This document shows positions 9,142 to 17,984 of a DNA stretch of 64,000 nucleotides, piece after piece. The position numbers were made by a program, and so were the translations under genes. This DNA is from Chroococcidiopsis thermalis PCC 7203. Lineage in GTDB: Bacteria > Cyanobacteriota > Cyanobacteriia > Cyanobacteriales > Chroococcidiopsidaceae. The DNA is taken from the NCBI RefSeq assembly GCF_000317125.1, contig NC_019695.1, positions 358,336 through 422,335 on the forward strand, written 5' to 3'. Within the stretch, counting starts at the first letter, position 1, and each line of letters begins with the position of its first letter. The notes below the pieces were generated by a model that was not told the DNA's origin, searched no databases, and saw only the letters and a program-made list of their open reading frames with translations.

Positions 9142-10182
9142 CTAGCTGACAACGCCCATTTCTTGTTGCGCTTTGGCTTTAGCAGCTTTGAAGTCGCTAG
9201 CCATTTGCTCGCTTTGGTCGCTACTGAGGTTGTTACGAATTGCGGTAAACATGTCGAACTCTTCTTGACGAATGTGATCGCCCACAGCATCCATCAGTTG
9301 CTTAACTTTATCTTTGAACTGCGAATTAGAAGGATCGATCGCTTTAATCTCATCTAATTTGGTTCTGAATTCAGCTTGCTCGCTGTAGAGTTCTTGAACT
9401 TTGTCTTCTGGATAGAAAGCACGCACTCTAGGATAGACTACTTCCTCTTCTGCGATCGAATGAGCCAACAGATCTTTGTAAATTTGACCGAAGTACTCTT
9501 GGATCTTCTGAGGATTGTCACTCTGCAACAACTCGGTGAACAGTGTATTCACTTTGCTGTGATCTGCACGAATCAGATCTTGGACGTTCATATCCTTCTT
9601 ATCAGAAGTTTGGGTAACGGCACTACCGACTACGCCAGAGAAAGCCGCAACCGCATCTTGTACGCGCGCCCACAGCCCTTGGTCTGCATCCTTGCCAGTC
9701 AGCTCGCGAGTCCCAACTTGCTCTAAGATCCCTTTGAGTTGTTCTTGGTGCGCTCTGTTTTCAAAGTTAACTGTATTCAAAGGACCGAACGCTATATCGA
9801 CATCTGCACCTACGACTTGAGCAGCTTTGTGCAGCATGATACCAGTCATTGCTTGTCCGTGTTTGAGCAGTTCGTGCTGAGCGAACTTGTCATACAAAGA
9901 CAATTCAGAGCCTTGCATCATTTGCTTGGTCTTTTCGATTAGCTCTTGTGTAACCTTTCTGGGTTCTCCCTGAATGCCATATTGTACGATGACAGTCTCA
10001 ATAACGCCCAAGTTCTTGCGATCGGAATCGAGCATTTCTTGAAGCCGCTTTTGAATTTCCGAATCGTTGATTTGTCCTAGCAGTGTTTCTTCGTTAGAAA
10101 TAATTAACTCTTGTAGAGCTTTCACGTCAGCTAGTTTAACCGCAATAGCAGAACGCTTGGTATCGTCTAATGTTACGACCAT
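9142..10182 (-). CDS. Hemerythrin (HHE cation-binding) domain protein
   Basis: C-terminal region with H/E-rich helices (DLLAHSIAEEEVVYP, DHIRQEEFDMFTAIR) resembling the hemerythrin-like fold. The N-terminal half could not be identified. Confidence 0.55.
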   Translation of the reverse strand: MVVTLDDTKRSAIAVKLADVKALQELIISNEETLLGQINDSEIQKRLQEMLDSDRKNLGVIETVIVQYGIQGEPRKVTQELIEKTKQMMQGSELSLYDKFAQHELLKHGQAMTGIMLHKAAQVVGADVDIAFGPLNTVNFENRAHQEQLKGILEQVGTRELTGKDADQGLWARVQDAVAAFSGVVGSAVTQTSDKKDMNVQDLIRADHSKVNTLFTELLQSDNPQKIQEYFGQIYKDLLAHSIAEEEVVYPRVRAFYPEDKVQELYSEQAEFRTKLDEIKAIDPSNSQFKDKVKQLMDAVGDHIRQEEFDMFTAIRNNLSSDQSEQMASDFKAAKAKAQQEMGVVS

Positions 10183-10549
10183 CTTTTCCAGTTCCTCTCA
10201 AGATTTTTGGATGTATCGGCTACATCTTTTAGGTTGTCACGCAGATTGCCCAATTCCATCTTTCTTTTGATGGATCGGTAGCATAGTTAGAAAAAACCAG
10301 TCAAAAGGTGGAAAAAGGCTCAGAGATAGCTAATTAATTCGGCTTATAGGTGATATTTCTTGTCAGGCTTTCTCAAGCAGAAAAAATTAAAATTTGTTTA
10401 AGGAAGATTTGTCTATTGACTAAAAATCTGCTGACGTTTTGATATAGGTTGACTCAACGTAGAATCTCCTCCACCACAAGACAGATACACAACGTTTGAC
10501 AAATCGTTAGATTGACTCAAGAGGAGCAAACTAAGGGTATAAGATTCGG

Positions 10550-11290
10550 ATGTCAGAACAACAAGGATTGGGAGAACAAGCGCTGAATAAAGCAGCAGAA
10601 ATCGGATTGTCTAGTCAACTCGATGAAGTAGAAAAGTTAGATGTAGATATTAAAACAGATCCGCTCAAAGCATTGCAAGGACAAGTAGACTCGGTGGCGA
10701 TCGCAGGTGAAGGAATGGTGATGCAAAAAGACCTGCGAGTAGAAAAGATGGATATGCAGGTGGATAGCGTTGCCATTAACCCCCTCAGTGCGGCAATGGG
10801 TAAAATCGAACTTACTCAACCAACCCAAGGTAAGGCTCGCGTGGTTTTGACAGCAGCAGACATCAATCGTGCTTTCAACTCCGAGTACATCCGTCAGCAA
10901 CTGCAAGCCACAAAAATTGAGATTAACGGGCAACAGATGACCGTAGTTCCGCAGCAGGTAGATTTCCAACTACCAGGTGAAGGAAAAGTGTCCCTGAATG
11001 CCAACATCCGCTTGCAGGAAACTAACGAAACAAAGCAAGTAGCTTTTACTGCCGTACCGGAAGTTGCATCTGGAGGGCAAACTGTCACCTTAAAAGACGT
11101 GCAATATGGAGACGAACAAGCACAATCTCCAGAGTTAACTAAGGCTTTAGTAGATGCAACCAGTGAAATTTTGAATCTGAGCAACTTTGACCTCGAAGGG
11201 ATCTCCCTCCGTATCAAAAATTTACAGGTCGAAGCAGGAAAGATCGCCCTAATTGCAGAGGCTAATGTTACGCAAATTCCATCAGCATAA
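10550..11290 (+). CDS. DUF2993 (LmeA-like) family protein
   Basis: 246 aa with the repeated beta-rich pattern typical of DUF2993. Assigned from memory of the family, not from a search. Confidence 0.5.
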   Translation: MSEQQGLGEQALNKAAEIGLSSQLDEVEKLDVDIKTDPLKALQGQVDSVAIAGEGMVMQKDLRVEKMDMQVDSVAINPLSAAMGKIELTQPTQGKARVVLTAADINRAFNSEYIRQQLQATKIEINGQQMTVVPQQVDFQLPGEGKVSLNANIRLQETNETKQVAFTAVPEVASGGQTVTLKDVQYGDEQAQSPELTKALVDATSEILNLSNFDLEGISLRIKNLQVEAGKIALIAEANVTQIPSA

Positions 11291-11295
11291 CCTGT

Positions 11296-11335
11296 AATTT
11301 GAGGTATTAGGGGTTAGCACTAACCCCTAACCCCT
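11296..11335 (+). terminator. Stem-loop after the DUF2993 gene
   Basis: Inverted repeat TTAGGGGTTAG-cac-CTAACCCCTAA. There is no clear U-tract, so confidence is low. Confidence 0.4.
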
Positions 11336-11400
11336 AAACGTCAGTTGCTATAACGGGGTAACTCCCGCAACGCACTGGCTCCCCATAACCACTCACTCTT

Positions 11401-11946
11401 ATGGACACACAACAAAAAACAGGAACGCCACCATATCCTGACATTCCTGCCCTGATTGAGAATGACGAGCGCGAATACCGCGATCCTGGTATACCTAGTA
11501 CAGTGGCAGTGTTGGGTCATCCGATCCACCCATTGCTTGTGACCTTACCGATCGCTTTTCTATTGGCATTGGCTGTCACTGATGCAGTCTATTGGTTGAA
11601 TAAAGACTCTTTCTGGGCAAGAGCATCTTTTTGGTTAGTAGTGGCTGGGTTTGCCACGACTTTACCAGCAGCCCTGACAGGTTTGATGGACTTCTTGAGA
11701 ATCGATCGCGTGCGTAAGCGTACTGCTGGTTTGGCGCATTTGGTTCTCAACATTACTATTATTGTCTTGACGGGTATTAATCTCTTACTCCGGCTTAACA
11801 ATGTAGTAGGGGCTATTTTGCCTACAGGCTTGACACTTTCACTCATTACTGCAACACTTTTAGGACTGTCCGGCTGGTATGGCGCAGAGCTAATCTATCG
11901 ACATAAAATTGCTGTAATTGGCAACAGTAGCCGTTCAGAACCATAG
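11401..11946 (+). CDS. DUF2231-like integral membrane protein
   Basis: Four predicted TM helices with a conserved HP(I/L)HP motif (LGHPIHPLLVTLPIAF). Confidence 0.55.
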   Translation: MDTQQKTGTPPYPDIPALIENDEREYRDPGIPSTVAVLGHPIHPLLVTLPIAFLLALAVTDAVYWLNKDSFWARASFWLVVAGFATTLPAALTGLMDFLRIDRVRKRTAGLAHLVLNITIIVLTGINLLLRLNNVVGAILPTGLTLSLITATLLGLSGWYGAELIYRHKIAVIGNSSRSEP

Positions 11947-12239
11947 TTAGCAAATATCTATTCTTGAGGTAAGCTAATATTTGCGATCGCCGCTTACCTT
12001 TAGTTTTGAGTCCATGTTACCGAACTCTACTCAAACCACATACATAACTATTTCAATGCTCGTCGTTTCTACGATGGGCTTTCTTTTATTGTGACCTCCT
12101 TCTCTGTTGGAAAAGAGCTGCTCTACTCTCTTAGAGCAGGCATGACTCGGCTCCATCTTTTCTTGGTGGAACTTTCCCTAGTATATATTAGGCTGTTTTT
12201 TAGGATGGTTGTGGTTGCGGCAATTAGAGACGAAAGAAA

Positions 12240-12464
12240 ATGCATAAGAAAGTTAAAGTGACACCAAATTCCAAGCATCCAGCTATTAAAGAAGAACCTG
12301 ATGGCAGTTTAACGGTTCATTTGAAATCTCCGCCCATAAATGGTAAAGCTAACCAAGAATTAATTCAACTATTAGCTAAAAAATTTGAAATCCCAAAAAC
12401 TCGAATTAAAATTAAATCCGGCTTGGTATCCCGTCAAAAATTAATTGAAATTGACTTGAATTGA
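12240..12464 (+). CDS. DUF167 (YggU) family protein
   Basis: 74 aa; [26 protein letters not shown] matches the YggU/DUF167 pattern (..V.PGA..G.AN..L...LA). Confidence 0.6.
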   Translation: MHKKVKVTPNSKHPAIKEEPDGSLTVHLKSPPINGKANQELIQLLAKKFEIPKTRIKIKSGLVSRQKLIEIDLN

Positions 12465-12947
12465 AATATTTAAAATCATAAATAAAAATATCCATACAAA
12501 TGCAGAAACAGTTTCGTCGAAAATCTATACTTTTAATTGAAGCACTCAACAAACAGAATTTACAAAAATAATTATGCAGCAAGTATAGTCATCTTCCACC
12601 AAACAGCAAAATTAGGCGATCGCTGGCAACTAACAACTGATAACTGTACGGGCGAGTTTAGCAAATAGATGGACAGCCTTAGCGAGTAAAGCTGTGCTTC
12701 ATACCTACCCCGACAATAACTGATAACTGTATTCCGTAAGATCGCGTAATCATCCTAATATTACAGAAAATTAATAGAAAAATCAGTGAATTCAAGGATG
12801 CTCGCCTAACTGACGCACAGTTAAATATAAAAGTTAAATATGTAAAACAGGGAACTTTGTAGGCTTTAACGCTATAAAAAGTTAGCCTCGCGCTAGAAAC
12901 TACACGGAAGAATCACCCGATTTTTCATGCATAGGAGTATTTTTTAA

Positions 12948-13670
12948 ATGGTTATCTCGTCCGACAATTTGCTCTTTTCTACTCACTCAAAACCAGGTAC
13001 ACAAGCAGAATATTCCTTAAAGAAGAAGTATCCCCAGAAGCACGACCATTACAGCTTTGATGACTACTTCCAATTTCAACCGAACACGGGCATTGTCACC
13101 GATTGGCACGACCAGCGCCATCTATTTGCCACAGAAGACTTCATCGTAGGATTAATTGAGGGATTGGAAGAAGAAGTCGGTAGCGCTTCTACAGTCTTGA
13201 TGTACAACATTGGCTTCGAGTGGGGAACCAGGGATGCCAAATTCTTTCAACAGTGGTTTGAGCAGGAATATGGCAAGAACGTCAAAGAAGTCAATTCCCT
13301 GTACATGCTAGAAGCATGGTGGTGGCCCTTCACCGCTCAAGGCTGGGGCAACTGGGAAGTCGATATGAGCGACCATAAAAACGGGTTCATGTTCGTCAAC
13401 ATCTTCGATTCTGCCGTAGCTAGAACATTGGGCGATGTTGGTAAACCAGTTTGTCATATCTATGCGGGATTATTTGCTGGATTCTTTAGCGATCTCGTTA
13501 AAAAAACCTTGAGTTGCATTGAAATTCAGTGCTACTCAATGGGAGAAACATACTGTAAATTCCTCTTGGGTACAAAAGACCGGATTGATGCTGCTGCCTT
13601 CTGGCACAACGAAGGTGCTACAGCTCGCGATATTGAAAAGCGGCTGCGTCATGGAGAACGGTTAGGATGA
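12948..13670 (+). CDS. V4R-domain protein (operon gene 1)
   Basis: C-terminal PVCHIYAGLFAGFFSDLVKKTLSCIEIQCYSMGETYCKFLLG matches the V4R consensus PVC....G...G........E..C...G...C.F. Paralogous to gene 4 (14742-15410). Confidence 0.6.
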   Translation: MVISSDNLLFSTHSKPGTQAEYSLKKKYPQKHDHYSFDDYFQFQPNTGIVTDWHDQRHLFATEDFIVGLIEGLEEEVGSASTVLMYNIGFEWGTRDAKFFQQWFEQEYGKNVKEVNSLYMLEAWWWPFTAQGWGNWEVDMSDHKNGFMFVNIFDSAVARTLGDVGKPVCHIYAGLFAGFFSDLVKKTLSCIEIQCYSMGETYCKFLLGTKDRIDAAAFWHNEGATARDIEKRLRHGERLG

Positions 13671-14188
13671 GGAATCGAAATGTTTTGCTGTGCCAATCGG
13701 TACAGCAATTTTTGCACTCTTGTAACTGGGACGGACAAGAGATTGAGGATGCCGATTACCCGCAACATCAACTTAGCGAGGAATTCCTATCTTCTTGGGA
13801 ATGCTTGACAGTTCAACAATTCTTGCGGCTTTGTGGATGGGAAGGAGAACAACAGCCAGCCAAGAGTGATGTGCCGATTCCAGCGCCACTACAAAATCAA
13901 TCGCCGCTACAGCATTTTACTCCCATCGCCAATCCTCATGCAGCTTGGTTGCGGCTTTCCGTCAAAAAATTCTTCAGCCATTGCAATTGGCAAGGGCGAC
14001 CAGTTGAGGATGTTAACTGGGGACAACTAGACCCCTATGCCCGAATGAAACAACGAGTCAGAGATTGTTTTGGGTATCTTCCTTGGGAAGGGAATCCAGA
14101 AATTGGAACTCTGCCCAAGTCTGCGACTAAGCTACCGCCACCTTTAGCTCCCGAACCGACCTTTTCAGACTTATCAGATCTATTCTAA
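13667..14188 (+). CDS. Cys/Trp triple-repeat protein (operon gene 2)
   Basis: Three copies of a ~14-aa motif: SVQQFLHSCNWDGQ, TVQQFLRLCGWEGE, SVKKFFSHCNWQGR. ATGA overlap with gene 1. Confidence 0.5.
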   Translation: MRNRNVLLCQSVQQFLHSCNWDGQEIEDADYPQHQLSEEFLSSWECLTVQQFLRLCGWEGEQQPAKSDVPIPAPLQNQSPLQHFTPIANPHAAWLRLSVKKFFSHCNWQGRPVEDVNWGQLDPYARMKQRVRDCFGYLPWEGNPEIGTLPKSATKLPPPLAPEPTFSDLSDLF

Positions 14189-14200
14189 AGCTGCAAATTT

Positions 14201-14686
14201 ATGTACCCAGAAATCAGAGCCATACTTGATGATGCTGAAGAACGCTATCTTAGGCTAGAAGAAATAGTTGCTTTGAAGCATCATGTTTCATCCTTTGCCC
14301 AACGCTTGCAAGTTTATGAAGTGCTGCGGGATAACGAAATTGCTATTTTTCAACCGATCGCTGACCAACTGCTCGTAGCTTTTCCCCAACACAAACAAGA
14401 AACCATCGAACGCGCCTTAAAAAATTGGCTGGGAACGCTACGTTACTGTGCAATGGCAATGCTGTTGAATAATCCCATGTTTCTCCAACATCGTTTGCTG
14501 GAATGGCTGACGGACATCATTCAAGTTCACCAAACACAAGGCATTGATACAACCCTTTATCAGTTCCTCATAACTCGCCTGCCAGAAATTTTGGCTGAGG
14601 AACAAATGGCTCTGCTGCAACCGTTCTTAGCTCAAGTGGAACAAGCTGTCATGGGAACTTGTAGTGCAGCCACAGTGCCAGCATAA
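14201..14686 (+). CDS. Phycobiliprotein-fold (globin-like) protein lacking the Cys-81 equivalent (operon gene 3)
   Basis: 161 aa and all-helical, with DAEERYLRLEEI and LGTLRYCAMAML segments aligning to phycobilisome-protein helices. No Cys at the bilin-attachment position. Confidence 0.5.
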   Translation: MYPEIRAILDDAEERYLRLEEIVALKHHVSSFAQRLQVYEVLRDNEIAIFQPIADQLLVAFPQHKQETIERALKNWLGTLRYCAMAMLLNNPMFLQHRLLEWLTDIIQVHQTQGIDTTLYQFLITRLPEILAEEQMALLQPFLAQVEQAVMGTCSAATVPA

Positions 14687-14741
14687 GTATCACTCGTCAG
14701 CATAACTCACTATCAAACAAGCAGAAGCAACAGACAAAATC

Positions 14742-15410
14742 ATGATTACTGTCGCCGATTTAATCAAAGACGAACGCTTACCAGGAAATTATTTTGCCTT
14801 TGATGCCTACATTCAGGGTGATTTTGAATCAGGTTTGCTGGAAAATCGCCACGGCGATCGCCTCATAGCAATTCCAGACACGCTGATTCAATCGATTTAC
14901 ACCGCACTCAACCAAGAAACAGGTCAAGCTTCCGGTGTAGTACTTGCCAATTGCGGGCGCTGGTGGGGCAAAAATTTCTACGCTCGGTTCGTCGAACAAG
15001 TTAGCGAGTACTACTCTAAACCGATCGATCAAATGGAGATGGTTGAGTTTACTCAGTGTCTCAGACAGTGTTGGAAAGCTCATGGTTGGGGAACTTTTGA
15101 ATTAGATTTGAGCTACTACCAACAAGGATTTTTAGTCGTCAAAACCCAGAATTCTCCCTACGCCAAGCAAGCACCCCAGAGCAAAAGACCAGTATGCTAT
15201 TTTGAAGCAGGTATCCTCCGCGCTTTCTTCAGCCAACTGACAGGACGAGAACTTCACTGCCTGCAAACAACCTGCGAATCTCTCGGAGCTGAGTACAACC
15301 ACTTTGTTCTAGGCTTAGCACAACGAATCAAACCAGCCGATGCTTGGTTAGAAGAACAGCAAGAGCATGAAATTATCATGCACCGACTCTGCAATAGTTC
15401 TAATCAATAA
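14742..15410 (+). CDS. V4R-domain protein (operon gene 4, paralog of gene 1)
   Basis: PVCYFEAGILRAFFSQLTGRELHCLQTTCESLGAEYNHFVLG is a V4R-like C-terminus. The N-terminal half also aligns with gene 1. Confidence 0.6.
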   Translation: MITVADLIKDERLPGNYFAFDAYIQGDFESGLLENRHGDRLIAIPDTLIQSIYTALNQETGQASGVVLANCGRWWGKNFYARFVEQVSEYYSKPIDQMEMVEFTQCLRQCWKAHGWGTFELDLSYYQQGFLVVKTQNSPYAKQAPQSKRPVCYFEAGILRAFFSQLTGRELHCLQTTCESLGAEYNHFVLGLAQRIKPADAWLEEQQEHEIIMHRLCNSSNQ

Positions 15411-15439
15411 AGCAATTAGCAATTAGCAATTAGGAAAAC

Positions 15440-15922
15440 ATGGCAAAGACTGTCAGACTAGAACCAATCGGTGAAGAAACCTCCATTCAAACGAATGGCA
15501 ACATCCTATCTGTTCTGTTAAAAAACGAACTGAATGTGTTGCATGAGTGTGGCGGTCGAGGAATGTGCGCTACCTGCCATGTTTACATCAAAAGTGGTAT
15601 GGAAAGCTTATCTTCACCCAGCCGACGCGAACGGCGGACAATTGAGGTCATTACTTCTGCCAACAATCATTCTCGCCTCGCTTGTCAAGCTTTAGTGATT
15701 GGTGAAGGTGTAGTCGTTGAATTACCTGCTGGTACGTATGTCAGTGCAATTGATGATATTGAGTCTCTCATCGGCACGCGGGCAGAACAAAACATCCTTC
15801 ACCCTCTAGACGGTAGAATCCTTGTGGAAGCAGGTAAGTTAGTTACCCGTTCGATGATTACTCAACTTCAAGATACTCGTACTGAGGTTTCTGAGTATAT
15901 GAATCATGCCAGCGATGCTTAA
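15440..15922 (+). CDS. [2Fe-2S] ferredoxin, adrenodoxin/putidaredoxin type (operon gene 5)
   Basis: CGGRGMCATCHVYI ... LACQA cysteine pattern, plus a ~60-aa C-terminal extension. Confidence 0.7.
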   Translation: MAKTVRLEPIGEETSIQTNGNILSVLLKNELNVLHECGGRGMCATCHVYIKSGMESLSSPSRRERRTIEVITSANNHSRLACQALVIGEGVVVELPAGTYVSAIDDIESLIGTRAEQNILHPLDGRILVEAGKLVTRSMITQLQDTRTEVSEYMNHASDA

Positions 15923-15967
15923 GCGCTAATAGTCAAGATTTTTTATTGTCCAGGAGGAGAAAAGTTT

Positions 15968-16441
15968 ATGTTAAGTCAGTTAGCCCGCTTAACCGTAGAA
16001 GCGGACGGTCGCTACGCTACTTCAGAAGAACTTCAGTTTCTTAAAGATTACATTGAGTCTCTTGATACTCGTGCAAGCGCATATCAAAAAATCCAAGCTG
16101 CTGAGGCAGAAGTTCTCAGTCAGTTGGAGGCAAAGTGGGCTGCTAACGAGAATTTGTTTGGGCAAGGTAACAATAAACTCAATGTTTCAACCTGCCAACG
16201 CGATCTGAAAAATATGATACGTTACACAGCCACAACTGTATTGAGTAGCGACCTCGATCGCCTGCGAGAAAGTTGTTTGCTTTGGTATCAAACTATCGTT
16301 CGTGCTTACAAATACGGACATATTGCTAACATCACATATCCATTACTAAATGAGTTGATGAAACAGTTTCTATCTGCTGAAGAAGCAGCGCTTGCATCTC
16401 CAGTTTTAGGACTCAACCAAGTGATTTTGGGTAAAACATAA
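15968..16441 (+). CDS. Allophycocyanin-like phycobiliprotein-fold protein retaining the Cys-81 equivalent (operon gene 6)
   Basis: ADGRYATSEELQF resembles the N-terminal phycobiliprotein helix (ADARGEFLS.EQL). STCQRDLKNMIRYTATTV aligns with AACLRDMEIILRYV, the bilin-binding Cys region. There is an AGGAGGA RBS 8 nt upstream. Confidence 0.6.
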   Translation: MLSQLARLTVEADGRYATSEELQFLKDYIESLDTRASAYQKIQAAEAEVLSQLEAKWAANENLFGQGNNKLNVSTCQRDLKNMIRYTATTVLSSDLDRLRESCLLWYQTIVRAYKYGHIANITYPLLNELMKQFLSAEEAALASPVLGLNQVILGKT

Positions 16442-16475
16442 CTGGTAGTTGGTAATTGGTAGTTGTTAGTTATTT
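16441..16475. repeat. STRR-like (GGTAGTT/GGTAATT)n
   Basis: Visible tandem heptamers. Confidence 0.8.
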
Positions 16476-16539
16476 ATCGATCGCCATTACCCATTACCCC
16501 GTTACCATTTCCTTAATTGAAAATTCAAAGTAAGTTACT

Positions 16540-17526
16540 ATGCAAGACAATTTCACAGCACCAGCAAATAAATATCCTTGGTTAGAAAAGGTAGAAATCG
16601 CATCGGTCGTTGGTTCAATTGGTGGCGCGATCGCTTCTTTCATGCTCAACCAGGCAGCAGTTGCCGCAATTCCGCTCTCTGTAACTGTCGCGCTCAACTT
16701 AACTAATCGACGGATACTGTTAGATCATTTAAAACAACACAATTTAGCCACGATCGCTCAAGTTTTGCAAGAGCAGGTCAAAACTCAATCTAATCTAGAA
16801 AGACTGAGTGAAGAATTGGGAACATTCGAGCAACAAACAGAGAAAAAGCACGGTGAAGCGCAAGCTGGAATTAAGTTGTTAGACGAACATCTTCAGCTAA
16901 CAAATAATAACTTGCAACAAGCGCGAGAAAATAGCGATCGCAGTATTGCTCAACTCCAACAGCAAGACGCAAACATTCAAAATCAGTTACAAACGCAACT
17001 AGAAACGCTCAACCAGCAGCTAGAGCAGCTCCAGCAACAAACTAATATGCTAGTACAGGAGCAAAACAACCGTTTAATGAACGAACAAGCTAAGATTGCT
17101 AGAACTGTAGATGCTTTGCGCGATATCGAGACTTGCACTCAAAGTTTGCGGATCAATCCGATTTCTGCTAATGCTTTCTTCAATCGCGGTTTGAGTTATC
17201 AACGTTTGGGCGATCGCGAAGCAGCAGTTGGCGATTTTACAGAAGCAATTCGAGTTAATCCTCAATATGCAGAAGCTTTTCAAAGTCGCGGTCTTGCCCA
17301 TGCCGATCTCGGTGATAAAAAAGCGGCAGTACGGGATTTACGCGAAGCCGCCAGACTATTTTTTGAGAGCGGTGAGATTGATAAATATCAAATTGCTCGC
17401 GACCTCGGTAAGAAGTTTCACGATTTAGATTCGCCTAGTGAAGCAGAAGCGCTCACAGAGGTAGCTTACGAAAGCTCAATGGCAGGCTCGTTTGAAGATA
17501 TTGCCTTAGAGTCTTTGTTCTCTTAA
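16540..17526 (+). CDS. Coiled-coil / TPR-repeat protein with an N-terminal TM segment
   Basis: Q/L-rich coiled coil followed by TPR-like repeats (AFFNRGLSYQRLGDREAAVGDFTEAIRVNPQYAEAFQSRGLAH). Confidence 0.65.
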   Translation: MQDNFTAPANKYPWLEKVEIASVVGSIGGAIASFMLNQAAVAAIPLSVTVALNLTNRRILLDHLKQHNLATIAQVLQEQVKTQSNLERLSEELGTFEQQTEKKHGEAQAGIKLLDEHLQLTNNNLQQARENSDRSIAQLQQQDANIQNQLQTQLETLNQQLEQLQQQTNMLVQEQNNRLMNEQAKIARTVDALRDIETCTQSLRINPISANAFFNRGLSYQRLGDREAAVGDFTEAIRVNPQYAEAFQSRGLAHADLGDKKAAVRDLREAARLFFESGEIDKYQIARDLGKKFHDLDSPSEAEALTEVAYESSMAGSFEDIALESLFS

Positions 17527-17633
17527 TTTAGGTCAATTGGGAGGCGATCGCGCCGTAACGAAATCTGCCCGATCTATGTAACGTCATTTTTGTTTAGTCC
17601 AAAACTAAGCAGGACTTACGCAGTCGATCCCCC

Positions 17634-17700
17634 AAACCCCCTTAAAAAGGGGGGACTTTAAGCCCCCTTTTTAAGAGGGGAACCAGGGGGGATCGAGATC
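17634..17700. repeat. Dispersed palindromic element GATCCCCC...CCCCTTAAAAAGGGG...GGGGGGATC
   Basis: Visible nested inverted repeats with G/C runs around TTAAAAA cores. Related copies sit at 35078-35112 and 47804-47912. Confidence 0.75.
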
Positions 17701-17746
17701 TCAGATTTTCTTGTGCGTAACTCCTGACTAAGGCAAAGTTGACCAA

Positions 17747-17785
17747 AATGAATTGGGGTTACATGACCCCAATTCTCAGTTATTT
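17747..17785 (+). terminator. Stem-loop GAATTGGGGT-tacatg-ACCCCAATTC followed by a T-rich tract
   Basis: Perfect 10-bp inverted repeat followed by tcagttatttt. Confidence 0.5.
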
Positions 17786-17984
17786 TCAATTTTTGAGCTG
17801 TCAGTCAGTGGATCGAGCCTGTTTTGGTATTTCAAGCATTTATAGAAACTCCGCTAAAAGACTAATATCTAAAATTAAAACTAGCAGATAGCAGAGCAGT
17901 CATAACAGATTTGATACAAAGCATTATATCGCTCTAATCGTTGTAACCGACACAAAAATTAAGATACTTTTTATCCTAAAAACT

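Noticed and set aside
10637-11217. Minus-strand ORFs 10637-10969 and 10894-11217
   Set aside because: They are embedded antisense in the DUF2993 gene. They are Cys-rich and low-complexity with no start context. The plus-strand gene has coherent features.
11401-11529. Minus-strand ORF 11341-11529 overlapping the DUF2231 gene start
   Set aside because: Short, antisense, with no coding features.
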